DNA from: Amoebidium appalachense
Taxonomy: Eukaryota > Protista > Ichthyosporea
Length of the DNA stretch: 64,000 nt
Direction of reading: 5' to 3'
Assembly (NCBI GenBank): GCA_963693365.1
Contig: CAVNZM010000010.1
Coordinates: 3,286,001-3,350,000 of the forward strand
The notes beneath the pieces are model-generated. The model saw only the letters and a list, made by a program, of their open reading frames with translations, searched no databases and had not been told where the DNA came from. The position numbers and the translations under genes were made by a program. Positions 1 to 38,854 of the stretch are shown one piece after another. The stretch's first letter is position 1; each line of letters opens with the position of its first letter.

Positions 1-378
1 CTGTGTCTCGGTGTGTGTGTATAAGGTGTGTGTGGGTGCGTGTATGTATGTGTGGATGTCCGGGTACATGTGTGTCAGTATAAGTACACACCCAGCTACC
101 ACCTACAACATAATTGTTCCTATCCGTCAGTGTGCATGTTACCCGTGGCGTGCTAGGTGCTAAAGTGTCTACCGAAGTGCGTCCTTGCGTCTGTGTGCAT
201 GCTTGTTCAAGTGAGAAGCACACAGTCTGTGCGAGCACGTGGCCAAACTTCAGTGGGGCGGAACGAGAAAAGGGTCTGTTGATGGTTCATTCTTGGTGTA
301 GGTGGTGGTGCTGGAGGTGGGTGTGTGTGTGCGTGGTGCCGGGAGTGGGGAAGGGGGGGGGGGGGGGGGGGGGGTCAC

Positions 379-20912
<20,534 letters not shown>

Positions 20913-21820
20913 GTTGCTCAAAAAGGGTGCCCAGGCTATCAACCGGGTGGACATTGAATGCCCAGGTGAATGTTCATCATTTTTGCATGCCACCAACTGT
21001 CTAGTGGACTACGACTGCTTTGGAAACTACGTACACCTGCGTATGGCATGGAGGCTTGAATAATTGAATTTATGCCTTATCAGCTTCTTCGTTAACATAT
21101 GACACAGAACACGTATATTAAACAAAAACGCATATGTACGTATACAGTAACATGCATGTGCATGACTTGAACGTGTCGATCAGACGTGTGTCGATTCGTC
21201 ACGATTACGGTATCAGCCCGCCAAATTTTTAAACAGCCAATGAGCGTTACCTGCATATATAGCCCTTATAGCCTACAAGCCTAGGCTATGTTTGCCGCAC
21301 AAATCCATATCCAGCCTTGGACAGTCTGGATACGCGAAATGTAAATAAAGAGGAAAGAAACCATTCTTAGCATTTCTAAAGTTTTATAAGGGATGTGTAC
21401 GAACTGAGTTCCATATTGGGCCCATTAGCCACTCCTACGAACTACGAAGAGAGCATAGCAGCATATATGTAGGGTGGTTTTATGTACTGTGACATCATAT
21501 AGGCCAATAAAAAGGTACTGATGTTTGCCAAAAAAGGGTATTTCTTATCTTTTCAATCTATGATGTCATTATGACTGACCGCGAGGGATCATCCGTTCCG
21601 GGGGCGGGGGCACAGTCTTATGTACGAACCTACCACCTACTGAGGCGGTGTCTCCTTTCTCTTTTTTTTTTTTTTTTCCGCCTGAGTAGATGTTAAAACG
21701 TCGCACGTGCGGCAACACGTCAGTACGTGTTAGTGTACGAACGGTCGTTTCACTTTCGGATCCGCTTCGGAAGTTCGTCCCATCTTCAGTCCTCGAACCA
21801 CGATTCTGGTTCTTGTTGGA
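20913..21820. promoter_or_regulatory. Putative bidirectional promoter / 5' UTR region between REV3 and the RNF14-like gene
   Basis: Divergent ATGs about 0.9 kb apart; no long G/C homopolymers or (CA)n; CCAAT motifs near 21237 and 21503; CACGTG near 21704. Confidence 0.5.
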
Positions 21821-22561
21821 ATGGATAATAGCCAGGAGCAAGATGACGAGCTTCTTGCTCTGGAAGCAATTTACCCTGAACGGTTCCACCAGCTAGATAA
21901 CCAGGTAAAGTATGTGGACGGTTTTTGCTGTTGCTTCGACCCTTCTTTTCACACTTAAGACAAAGCAGGTGTGTAAGCAAGTATTTGTTCAGGTCGAGTG
22001 GTTATTCTGGTGACGTTGTTTCCTTGAGTCTGTTCGAAAAGAGGCGTACGGTTTTATGTGACCAGCAGTGAGGATGTAACAGAAGCGTTTGCTTCTCATT
22101 GAAAATGCGGGACGGATTGGGGTTTCTGCATCGCTTGGTAGGAGAAGAAAGAGAGGGAGGGACGCGAGAGGAGAGGTGTTCCATGTTAGGTGAGTGCTTG
22201 AAAAACACGCCGATTAGGAAGTTGGATGAGGACACTCTGTGTTTCGGGTGTTCTAAGCTACCGACCGACCACACCTCCTCTTCTACCCTACCGTGCTTAA
22301 TCCGCTGGTTCTCTTACTGTGGCTCTTGCACCCTTTCACAGCTTAAGGGGGGCCAAGTGGACGTTGCCGTGGAGCAGCCAGGCCCAGTTACAGTCATTCT
22401 GGAACTTCCGGGTACAGCCTTTTCCAATACCCCCCTCCCCCCCGTTCCCCTCTCACTCCCTCTTTCTGCGGTTTCCGGTACCCCGATGCACACTTGCGCG
22501 GTTGTGTGCATACGCACGCACGCACCCGCACACGTACACGCACGCACGCGCACGCACGAAT

Positions 22562-22595
<34 letters not shown>

Positions 22596-22995
22596 GATCG
22601 CACAGACAGAATGAACTGTTTCTTCGGCCCACTACCCGGCAAGTATTCGCACTTTTTGTCCTCTTTTTTTCTTGCTGCATATATGTGGCTAGGTTTTTAT
22701 GGATCACATGATATGGCATCTGACCTTCTTTTCCCTCCTCCTGAGCTCCAGGTCCAGATGGAAACATAGAGCGACGCAAACATGTGGCTGAGCACCTACC
22801 TTACGTAAGGGTGGTGTTTGTCTATCCCGAGTCATACCCTTCGTCACAACCCCCGGCGCTGATGGTAAAGTGCCCCTGGATGACCGAGGACCAGGTACTG
22901 AACGTGTTCCTTATCTTTCCCATCCTACCCCTCTTTGAATTATATATATAACCACACACACACACTACTTCGATCCACCCACTTCTCCCTTCCTC

Positions 22996-23032
<37 letters not shown>

Positions 23033-23458
23033 CCCCCTGTACCACCCCTCTGCCCCTGTTCCATAGCCTCCCTCTCTATCTCCCTGTGTCTTCTTCGTTT
23101 CCGCCTCCATGCCCATCCCCCTCTTCTCTCTCCCCCTTGCAAATGGCCCCACCTCTCCCACCTTATCTCTCCTCCTTCCCTCGCCCCCTTTCTCTTCCTC
23201 CCTCTTTCTGTATGTGTGTGTGTCTGGTTCTCCTCGGCCTCTCTTCCCCTGTGTCTGTGTTTGTGTGTGTGTTCATATTTGTGTCTGTGTGTCTTCAAGA
23301 GGGGGGGGAGGGGGGAAGGGGATGCAGGGATCACAGGCTGGTACCAGGGTGATTTGTGCGTAAGGAAGACAGTGTTGGTTGTGAGGGAGGGGGGGCAGAA
23401 AGGGAAGAGTGAACGAGAAAGGACGTGTTTCTTGTTTCTTCGTTTAGTTTTTCCGTCT

Positions 23459-23492
<34 letters not shown>

Positions 23493-24050
23493 GGGGGGGG
23501 GGGGGGGGGGGAGGGGTACGAAGATTCGCCCATTAGGGTGAGTGTGGAAGTTGGAGGGGGAGGGGCGGGGGCCTGGGGAGGGGGGGGGGGGGGGGGGGCA
23601 GAAGTTAGGCCATCTGCGGGGAGAGAGAGGGGGGGAGGGGGGCATAATGATGACAAACGAAGGGAGTGAGAACTGTGTATTTCCGTTTTTGATATCACTG
23701 GATGGGTGTGTGGGTGTGGTGTTTCTTTGGGGAGGAGGCGGGGGGGGGGGGGGGGGGGGGGGGGGGAGGAGGAGGGTGTTAACAACGACCAATCTATCTA
23801 TGCTGTTGGCTCGAAAGACATATGGGAGTGGTTGTAGATGTTGATTGGTGCATGTGCAAACAGGTGGTGCGGCTGGGGCAGCACATGACACGGCTGTTTG
23901 AGGAGGGCAGTGTGCTGATGTTTGGCCCATTGGACTGGCTGCAGGCAGAGGCATGGGCCTATCTGGAGATGACACAGGTGGGCTGGTGTCTTTGCCTTGT
24001 TTGTATGTTTGTTTTATTTTTCTGAATTTGGTTTTGTTTTTGTTTTTCTT

Positions 24051-24094
<44 letters not shown>

Positions 24095-24482
24095 AAAAAA
24101 GAAAAAGAAGAAATCGTAAGGAAAGGAAATGTGAAGCACACCTGTGCACATGAACGCATTCGTGCACGCACGAGCACACACACATGAATGCACACACGCA
24201 CGGGAGTGCATGTGCGCATACACGGACATACGTGCCCCTGCGCGCACACACACACAGATATACACACATGCACGTACACGCACACGAACGCACACCCACC
24301 CGCACCCACACACGCGCTCGCACAAACACGCCCGTGCGCCCACAGACACACACGCGCGCGCGCGCGCGTGCGCTCCTGCCGACCCCCCCTCCCCCCCGCC
24401 TTCTGCCTCCCAGGTAGGAAACCACGGGTCATCGAGAGCACATCTTCCCCATCTGGGTTTGGTTTTTTTTTTGTGTGTGTGT

Positions 24483-24516
<34 letters not shown>

Positions 24517-27500
24517 TTGCACACGGACTGTAGATGTTAAGCTAGGTACTAGAAGATATTTGCAGGTCTTGCATGTCGAATGCCTTATGCCCTAGTCACG
24601 GTGTGTGTGTGTGTGTGGTGTGGATGAGTGTGGGCCGTGATTCGTTCATTTATTTTTTCATAACTCTACATTCCTTGGCTTTATGGTGTTTCTATTGTCA
24701 TTAGCCCACTAATGGCTTTTACACTTGTTTCAGATCTTGGACCTGCGACATTTTGGGCACGCGGCGCCTCGGGTGTTTGATGAAATCATAGCGCACGATG
24801 AGAAAGAGAGGCAGCGGGTATTCAACGAGTCGTATTTCGAGTGCCTGGTGTGCTTTGGCAGCTACATGGGGGCAGACTGCTTTAGGTTCCACATATGCGG
24901 CCATGTATTCTGCAGGGTACGTGGGCGTGGTTGGGCGTGTTTGCCTGTGACCTATGTAAAGGTTGGTGAGGTTGGGCCCGGCGCCCTGGTGTTCTTTGGA
25001 GGAGGGGAGCGGGGGGGGGGGGGGGGGGGGGGGGGGGGGAGGGGAGGGTACTTTGTGCTTCTCCGACTACCTTTCCATGTCCCGCATTTTTTTTTTCGTT
25101 CTGATGCATAACGCGACTCAAGTTCTACCACCTTCTCCCCCGCTCTTCCCCTCCCCCCCTCTCCCCCCACATCCACCACCAACACCACCACCCCCTCCCA
25201 TGTGCGCGCGCACACACACGGGGGGGGGAGGGGGAGGGGCTCGAGTGGTTCAGTGAGTGGTAATTCATTGGTTGTCCTTTGTTGAGATATACGAATATCC
25301 CAGGTGTTTGGCTATGTACGTAGATGGTCTACGCATTGGTTTGGTTGCCGAATGGAATGCATACTCATACTCCCCCCCTCTCCACGCGGCTTCTTTTCTC
25401 AAATGCGACAACGACCATCACCATAGACATGCACTTGTGCACTTGTGGACTCACATATCTTTCCTTTTTCCAAACATTCTTGCTCGTTTTCCTCGTTCAT
25501 ATTTGTGTCTACTGTGTATTATTTCACCATTAGGCGAAATGAAACAAGCTCTCATTTCTTGATTCGCAGGCATGCATCTGCGAGTATTTCAATGTGCAGA
25601 TCACGGACGGCAACATACAGAGGCTGGAGTGCCCGGTGCCCAAGTGCAAGAAGCAGGCCCTCCCTAATGAAGTGTGTGCACGTGAGCATGTGGAGGATGT
25701 GAACAGTGGTGTCTGTGATTGTCTAGGGGTGTGGGCGGGGTTGCTGCCATAATAATCTTGTTTTGGATAGTTTGAATCTCTGTGTGTATGGGCGTGGAGC
25801 TGTCAAAGCGTGGTAGAGGGATGGGTTCACAGGGATGGTTGGTGGTGAGAGAGGCGGTCAGGGGGAGGGGGGGGGGGGGGGTGCTTGGGCGGACAGGGGT
25901 TGCTGATGTCAAGCGGTGCCTGTATAAGAAACTAACTAGGGCTTACGTTCGATGTTTGACAATCACCTGATGTGCCTTGCCTGTTGGCTGCGCGGATATT
26001 GACCTATGTATGCCTTCGCAGGTCAAGTCACTAGTGTCGGCTGACATGTATGAGCGATATGACCGCCTGATGCTACAGACAACCCTCGACTCCATGGGGG
26101 ATATCGGTATGTACTGCAAAGTTCTCACATTCTTTCTCCCCCCCCCCCCTCTACCAGCTATACCATACCCCATACCCCCTCCCTCCCTCCCTCTCTCCCT
26201 CTCCCCTCTGTCCCTCCCTCCTTCCTTCCCCCCCCCCCCCCCCCCCCCCCCCCAGCCCCCTGTCTCGTTTTACCTTCTCGTCTCTATCCTTTTTCGCCTT
26301 CCCCATATGCCTAAAATCTGTCAACCTTTCTCCTTCCCCTTTCCCCTGCTTCCATGCTTTCACTCTTGCTCTCTCCCTCTGTCTCTCTCTTCTCACCTTT
26401 TCCCACTTACTCTCTAGCTTCTGTTCTCCCTCACCCCCCGCCCGCCCCGCGCTGCCCCTCGTCTTTGCCCCTTTCACCCCTTGTCTTGCTGTCTGTAACA
26501 CAACTTATCTCGCCTTTCTTACACCCCAGGCACAGGCACCTTACACATCGTTTGCTGCCACGTGCTGTGAACGCTTACTTGCACATGTAGTTCCATGTGG
26601 GCAGAACAATAGTCGTTTGATTTGTGTACCCGTGCCTTTTTTTTTTTTTTTTTTTTTTTTATGCTAAGAAAGGTCACTATATAATAATTGACCCTCGTTT
26701 TTTTTTCCCCTTGTGACAATTACCGTTTGCAGTTTATTGCCCACGCAAAGCCTGTGGGTCGGCGGTAGTGCGTGAGCCGGACGAAATCAGTCGGGAGACG
26801 GGGCAAAAGGAGCGCAGCCAGCTGGGCCGGTGCACTGCATGTGGCTTCTCGTTCTGCATCCTGTGCAAGAAGGCCTGGCATGGCCTCGAGTACTGGTGTG
26901 TATCTCCTGTGCCTGTTCGAAACGGAGCATGTGCACCATGCCACCGATAGAAGAGCATGTGCTGAAAGATGGTTGGCTTCACACCCATGGACATTTATTT
27001 GCATGTGTGCATGCTCGTTTCAGCACCGGTGTGGATGCAACCAATATCTAGGCGCGCGCGAGCGCACACACACGCACATGCGCACACTATGTACACTGGT
27101 GACACCAGATATGGGTGCTTGTGGATGCAACCACCCATACTGGTGTCACCAGTGTACATAGTGTGCTGTTACCTGAACCTGCAACTAATAGTATGTATCG
27201 GTATGCATCCCACTGACCGGTGTCCTTTTACACGTCTCTTCTTTTTTCCTTACGTATACGTTTGTTTTTTGTTGTTGTTTTTTCTCTTTTCATACTCCCT
27301 CTTTTTCCGTGGGTGTGTGCTGCGCTGCAGCACGCCGTCGGATCTTGAGCAGCTGATCTCCAAGTATGAGAACGCGGATGATGCCGGCAAGGAGGTGCTG
27401 AGGCTGCAGTACGGCCCACACGTGCTGGTGGCTGCAAGAGAGCTGCAGAGTAAGTCGGTGAACTTTCATGCATGCACACACGTGCATACACATACATCCG

Positions 27501-28048
27501 CACAGACACACACGTGCGTGCGCGAGCAACACACAACACACCCTGCGCACACACACACGCAAGCAAGCACGCACGCACACACATACGCATATGCACACGC
27601 ACGCGCACACGCACACATGTAGGTGTGTGTGCGCGCACACACGCACACACACGCGCACGTGCATGCACACGCGCACGCACACGCACACACACATGCATGC
27701 TTCCAAACTACTCTCACCCGACACCCAACTTATCGCATCCTTCCGATGCAGAAAGAAAAAAGAAGAAGGAAGGAAGACATAAATGATGCTTAATGAACCA
27801 CAGTTTTGCTCTTGGTTGTGTGTGCACTCCCATAGCCTTTCCACTGGTGCCTACGGCTTCACTACCTATCTGTCATAAACAGCACTCATTAGGATTATGC
27901 ATGTGGTCTTCGCATTAAGGTCATTGCTGTTCTTGGGTTGTGAACTAATGGAAATGTTGCAGCACGAGCCTGGATTAAAGAACACACTAAGCAGTGGTAA
28001 GTAACCCTCCCCCCCCCCCCCCCCCCCCCCCCCAAAAAAAACACACAC

Positions 28049-28142
<94 letters not shown>

Positions 28143-28295
28143 CACACAAACACCCACACAAACGCGTGCACGTCTTTCTTTTTCCCTTTCCTAGTATTTT
28201 TTTGGCCGTCACGCAACTCCCCCTCACCCCCTCACCCCCAAACCCACCCCCACGCGGGCGCAAAAAAAAATGCACACATGCACAGTTGCGCATAC

Positions 28296-28375
<80 letters not shown>

Positions 28376-28859
28376 AGTCCGTGTTTCTTTTTTCGTTGTT
28401 CCACTCCATCTTCTTTGGATATGTTTGTCCTTCCATGTTATTAGTTTCTTATGAGCATTATAACGCCAGGCGAAGCACCAATGCACACACTAATTCGCAT
28501 TTCTCCCTCCCCCCTCTTCCCCCCCCCCTCCCCCCCCCCCCCCCTCCCCCCCCTCCCTCCCCTCCTCCCTGCCCCTCTCCTCCCCTCCCATCTCCTTCCC
28601 TCCTCTCCCCCTCCTTTTTCCTTTCTATGCCTCTGTTTTTTCTTTCTGTAGCCCGCAGTGCAACTACGGCATCGAGAAGAACGACGGCTGCAACAAGATG
28701 GCCTGCCGAAAGTGCGGGGCCTATTTCTGCTGGCTGTGCCTGTCCGTGCTGAGCCACAGCGACCCCTACAGCCACTACAGCAGCGGCAAGTGTGCAAACA
28801 AACTGTTCCAGGGGGTCGATGTCAACGATATGGGCTGGGTGGATAACTTTGAGGATTAG
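21821..28859 (+). CDS. RNF14: RWD-domain RBR (RING1-IBR-RING2) E3 ubiquitin ligase, RNF14/ARA54/ITT1 family; 11 exons, complete
   Basis: Exons 21821-21904 (MDNSQEQDDELLALEAIYP), 22342-22411, 22752-22894 (HLP..YPESYPSSQPP, RWD YPxxxP), 23864-23977, 24734-24916 (CLVCF..CGHVFC), 25570-25671 (LECPVPKC), 26022-26106, 26733-26895 (IBR: YCPRKAC..CTACGFSFCILCKKAWHG), 27331-27449, 27963-27996, 28652-28859 (CPQCNYGIEKNDGCNKMACRKCGAYFCWLC..DPYSHY; TAG). All phases are consistent. Confidence 0.93.
27082..27166. repeat. Near-perfect ~35-bp-stem inverted repeat (hairpin) in an RNF14 intron
   Basis: gcacactatgtacactggtgacaccagatatgggtg (27082-27117) is the reverse complement of cacccatactggtgtcaccagtgtacatagtgtgc (27132-27166) apart from one bulge; 14-nt loop. 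Confidence 0.85.
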
Positions 28860-29552
28860 GAACCCCCAAGGGGGATGAGTACATGAATGCATAAATGATA
28901 GGGATAATGAGATGGCGTGTGTCTCCTTTTAGTGACATAAGTTGTTTTGCTGCTCCCCGTGCTACAGTGTTGTGTAACCGACCTCCCCCCCCCCCCTCCC
29001 TCCCCTCCCCCCTAACTCCCCCACCCCAAAAAAGGGTCTTGATGTATGTTGTACTCCTGCTGATGTAAACCAGTACCTCCGTAATGTCTTTAGTAAGTAG
29101 TGTATTTGAATGACCATTGATACAGTGCGTATGAACATGCTGTTAAGAAAACGTGAGTTTATCGTTTATGACACCTGGGGTGTTGACCTACCGGCCTGGG
29201 TGATTGGCCAATAAATTTGCACCAATCCCCATACATGTTACTGCATTTCATGCGAATTGCACTGGCACTACGGTACTGTTGCTAATATGACGTCCTAGTA
29301 TGTTGAAATGAGCTGCCTGCGCCTCAAAGCTCGATCCCTGCTCGCAAAAGACCCCCCCCCCCCACCCACCCACCCACCCACACCCACACACACACACACA
29401 CACATGTAAAATATACACCCTACGCCTTACAGTACTCCTCCTGCTGCTTTATTTATGTTGTTGAGGTATGCTGACGTCTGCTTATCTGCTTTTCTTGGAA
29501 GTAATTTTTGGAGGATTGGGGCAACTTTCTGTAAAGGAACTCCTCTCCCCTC

Positions 29553-29605
<53 letters not shown>

Positions 29606-30144
29606 ACACAGACACACCACCTTCCCCGCTTAAGCACGCTGCTGGACAGGCTTTTCAACATTTCCTTCACGTGAGACCATGTGCGTCGTTAAAGTTTGTC
29701 GGCATGACACTGTTTCGTTGAAGTCTGTTGGCATACTAAGCATTGCTCCGGTGTTAGCAATTTTGCAGTGCTTTTTTTTTTTTTTTTGGTCATTATTTCC
29801 GTGCTCGTGTTGCCAAGGGCGTACGCGTGTTTGTAACATTTTATCCTCGTGTATTATTAGGGAAGATATTTGATTTTGAAACTGAATGGGCCGGTGAGTG
29901 GACCAGGGTGGGGCGTGGGGGGGGGGCGGGGGGGATCAAGTGGTCACTCCCCCCCTCCCCCCCTTCCCCCCCCTCCCCCCCCTACTCCCCCCCCACGCAC
30001 ACGTATACAGACAAAGTTTAGCCTATACGCAGGCGACCAGGGGTGATGCCGGCAACCAAACGTCTTTGCAATGTGCAGCCGTGACGTTTGGCTGGAAGGA
30101 TTTGAGGGATTCTTGGAGTCCATTGGGGCTGGGGGAGAGGGGGA

Positions 30145-30176
<32 letters not shown>

Positions 30177-30230
30177 AGGGGGGGTAGAAGATGTCGATGC
30201 TTACCCACAGGCTGTGATGGTACCCGGGGG

Positions 30231-30268
<38 letters not shown>

Positions 30269-30325
30269 GGAGTAGAAGATATCGATGCTCCCCCACAGAC
30301 TCTATTGGTACCACCTGGCTCCCCG

Positions 30326-30360
<35 letters not shown>

Positions 30361-30388
30361 ACCTCTCCCCTGCCTCCCTCCCCCCCCC

Positions 30389-30419
<31 letters not shown>

Positions 30420-30783
30420 AGTCCGACCCGGCGCGCCCGCCCCCGGCCGCCCCCCACCTCTCGCCGACCCCTTTGACCTTTCCACTAACATATATGTTAC
30501 TATCTGCAGTGCGTTAAAGATCATAGTATCATAATTTGGGACAACATTGTCGTGCTCACCGTGTTGTGCTCGTTTATGTTTGTGTACAGTGTGGGAATGA
30601 TATGTATGTGTGTGCGGTGTGAATCAAAATGATTCAATGATAATGTGTGTGTGCACGTGTTTTTTGCGTGTGTGCCCACCTTGCAATATTTGCCAAATGC
30701 ATTTGGTATCAAATGGTTTCGCATAATGCCGCATCTATGTTTGTGTGCCGTTGTCATGCCGTGTGTGCCTGTGTGTTTGTGCC

Positions 30784-30820
<37 letters not shown>

Positions 30821-30982
30821 GTGCGCGCGCGTGAGCGTGGGTGTCCCGTCACATATGCATGTGCCACCACGCCACGGTGTTCATGTTGTGTATGCAATTA
30901 CTAACTAGCTACTGCTCACTTTACGTGTGACTCGAGGTGGTTCGAGTGCCCGTGTACACTTGTGCCTACTAGCTAGGTTATG

Positions 30983-31222
30983 ATAAACCCCACCTAGTCA
31001 TGGACAGATCAGTCCATTCCTCCTTCAAGCCCTCCGCCCGCGTCCATTTGGTTGCACATAGTCTCCTTCAGTTTGGGAAGCTTTTACGGTTAGCATTTCA
31101 GTTTATAAACCCCACCTAGTCATGGACAGATCAGTCCATTCCTCCTTCAAGCCCTCCGCCCGCGTCCATTTGGTTGCACAGAGTCTCCTTCAGTTTGGGA
31201 AGCTTTTACGGTTAGCATTTCA
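30983..31222. repeat. Tandem direct duplication: two 118-bp copies, period 122
   Basis: 30983-31100 and 31105-31222 are identical except cacatag/cacagag. Confidence 0.92.
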
Positions 31223-31381
31223 TTGTCCTGTACGGCATAGTACCCCCTAGCTCACAGATCACAGGCCCGTTGACGGGGTGGTTTGTGTAATGTGTACGTA
31301 CTGTGTATGTCTAGATATGGTTAGCTTTGGTTGATCTGGTTCGCTGTGTGAGCCTAACGCGAGTCCAATAAAAAGTGTAAA

Positions 31382-31603
31382 GGGGCAACCCTCCAAATCT
31401 AGACGCCACCTCCAATTCGTGAAGCCACTGTATTGTATTGAGACTATTTATTATTAGTTTTACAATATTTTTTGCCCCCCTGTTATAAAGAAATATTTTT
31501 AACGGCTTGCAAACAGTTGTATAGAACTAATAAAAAAATAGTCTTAATACAATACACTGGCTTCACGAATTGGAGGTGGCGTCTAGATTTGGAGGGTTGC
31601 CCC
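31382..31603. mobile_element. MITE, Mutator (MULE)-like, 222 bp with long TIRs and a 10-bp TSD
   Basis: Ends ggggcaaccctccaaatctagacgccacctccaattcgtgaagcca... and ...tggcttcacgaattggaggtggcgtctagatttggagggttgcccc are inverted (~80 bp). Flanked by aaagtgtaaa (31372-31381) and aaagcgtaaa (31604-31613). Long G-initiated TIRs with a 9-10 bp TSD are typical of MULEs. Confidence 0.85.
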
Positions 31604-32234
31604 AAAGCGTAAAGGCAACGAGGTTCTGATCTCACTATCCTACTTGTCATTTAATCGGCGGCCAAGCTCAAATATTTCGTCTCTACCTCCCCATCTATGT
31701 CTATTTATAAATATGATGTGGCAGGTATACTAGTACTGTGGAGTGTGGCAATACACCACTTTCTCATATATCCATAAAATCTTGGCCAATTGGGAACATC
31801 TCAGTACTTGATCTAAGTCTCCAAACTTCCTTCGTTTTCTACTTCGCTCAATATACAAACTCTACACTTCTACAAGGTAATAGACCACCCATTTGGAGGT
31901 ACCTGTGGGTTAAACTCTCGATTTCTACCCTTATGACAACCTTCTCCAGCTTACTAAGTCTGGCACCAATTTCCTAACTGAGCCTCAATATGTAACCAGC
32001 TGCAAGCAAACGTAACTTTTACAGTTTTAGAAAGCTGGCGTGCTTACTTTCTTAATCTTTTTGCAACAGTTACATATAATAGACTGATTTACTTCATACC
32101 CGGGGCTCTCCCCACCCCGAATATTATCTTCATACACGGTTTTACATGCTGTCCATGTGCATTCATTTAACATGCACCTGTACAAGGCACAGTGTAAACA
32201 ACTCACGGAGTGGAGTAAAAACCGAAATCAGTAT

Positions 32235-36570
<4,336 letters not shown>

Positions 36571-37371
36571 CTTAACAGAGAAAGAGAACCCGACAAAAAC
36601 AAGAACCGTGTATGAACTGGTTGAAGTACAAAAGCACAGTACTAATGAGCTGCCCAGGCCCGGCAGCTGCCGGCCCGAAAACCACTTCACTGTTTTTTGT
36701 TTTTTTCTCGGTATTGGTTGGGTTCAATTTGATTGGCTACATGTCAAATAGGAATGCGGCAACCGGGATTCCTGGGATTTGAGCAGTCAGTCCTACATTC
36801 AGGAAAAAACAATCCCTGATGCCCCGAGCTAATCAAATTCATAAATAAAAAAGTGGTTCAAAAATCGGAGCTTTTATAAGTTGCTATTTGTGTTTTGCAT
36901 GGCCAAGTGAACCAAGTGCCGGTTCGGCCGAGCTCCCGATTCTAAGGCGATATACAGTCTCAGTCACATTCCCAGTAGGCACAGGTGCCAATCCAATAAA
37001 AATCATTATATAAGATAATCACACTAGGGTTTTAGCCATTACGTAACCGTTCTTCAAACCGGCCACCGTTGTGCATGCGGGCCGGGGTGACGCGGCCCGG
37101 CGGACTCCGAAGCAGTTCAAGTTCGAAATTTTTGTCGCCGCGGTCGAACAGGGCAGCATGAACCCAAACCACGTGGCCCCGCAGGGCCGGCCAAAACAAT
37201 TAGTACAGGGATCATTCAGGATTAAGATATATAACTCAACTACCTGCAATTCACTCATGATCGTAAGATCTAGATAATAGGTAAATCGGGGATTATCATC
37301 AGAATCATTCGGCCGTAGTATGGTTCCTCCCCCCCTCCCCCCCCTCCCCCCCTTCCCCCCCCCCCCCCCCT

Positions 37372-37409
<38 letters not shown>

Positions 37410-37519
37410 CCCCCGTCCCCCCCGCCGCCCGCCCGCCCGCCCACCCGTCCGCTCGCCCTGTCCCTACATACCCCTGGGACTAAGGATCGGATATTGGAGC
37501 CGTGGGAAGTTTGGGGAAT

Positions 37520-37625
<106 letters not shown>

Positions 37626-38564
37626 ATACACACAAATTAACACGCACACAATGTGAATTTATGCATACGCGCACCGTGGCACACACACACATTTACTGTC
37701 ATCTAGACATGGATAACGGCAAGAACTTAGAAGTTGAGTTATACATATGTTTATTATTTTGTTGTTGTTCGTTTCCTTTTCCCTTTTTCCTTTCTTTCTT
37801 TCCCGTTTCCGTGTGCACAGATATCGTTTATCTGTGTACACACCGAGCCACTTGGCCCACGTACATGTAATGTTGTTTGCGTCTTTTACCCCTCTCCAAT
37901 ACTAAATTTACATGGTGGCACGGTGCTCCGATAGTTGTCCAATCAGATCTCGTTTAATTTCCCCAAATATAGAAAGATACATTCCTCCTTTATTCCACTC
38001 GATTCCTTTCCCATCCCATTCCTTTCTAGACTCATTCCTTTTCCTACTTTTCCCACGACGTAGAATTGCTCTATGTTCCCCAGCTATTAAGAATACTTAT
38101 ATTTGGACGTGTTTATATTAGGAACATGTATAAATATATGATGTGAACTAATAGATATATAAATGGTTTCATCTATTTAGCTTTAGTAAATGTTTCCGTG
38201 CTTTCATTAGAAGATTACGATTTATCTTCTATGTGTCGACAGGTATTTCGATTTATTTGCCCTCATAGTTTTCGTTCTTTTAATTGGCTTAGCCTTTATC
38301 GGCTCCACATTTCTGCGTATAAAGGGACTTCATCTTGAAATAAATAGGAAGCAGTTGAAAACATTTCAAATGGTCTCAGAAACCGTTCCAAATCTCCGGT
38401 TGTGTTTTTCCTGTGTGTCTGTGTGTTGTGTATATCATAACACCCATCTGTGCACTCTGCTTCTCCGTTTACCCACACAAAACAACATTTACTGGCTACA
38501 CAGACATTAAACGGTGGCACACAATTTACAAACAATGACGTACCCTCACAGACAGATTTTTATT

Positions 38565-38601
<37 letters not shown>

Positions 38602-38689
38602 CTCCCTCCCTCCCTCCCCCCCCCCGGAAGCGATTCCCCACTCCCTCTACATGCACGCACACCTTCTTCCCCCCCCCCCCCCCCCCTCC

Positions 38690-38854
<165 letters not shown>

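Noticed and set aside
30905-30960. tRNA or SINE (GGTTCGAGT B-box-like motif)
   Set aside because: No cloverleaf, acceptor stem or convincing A-box.
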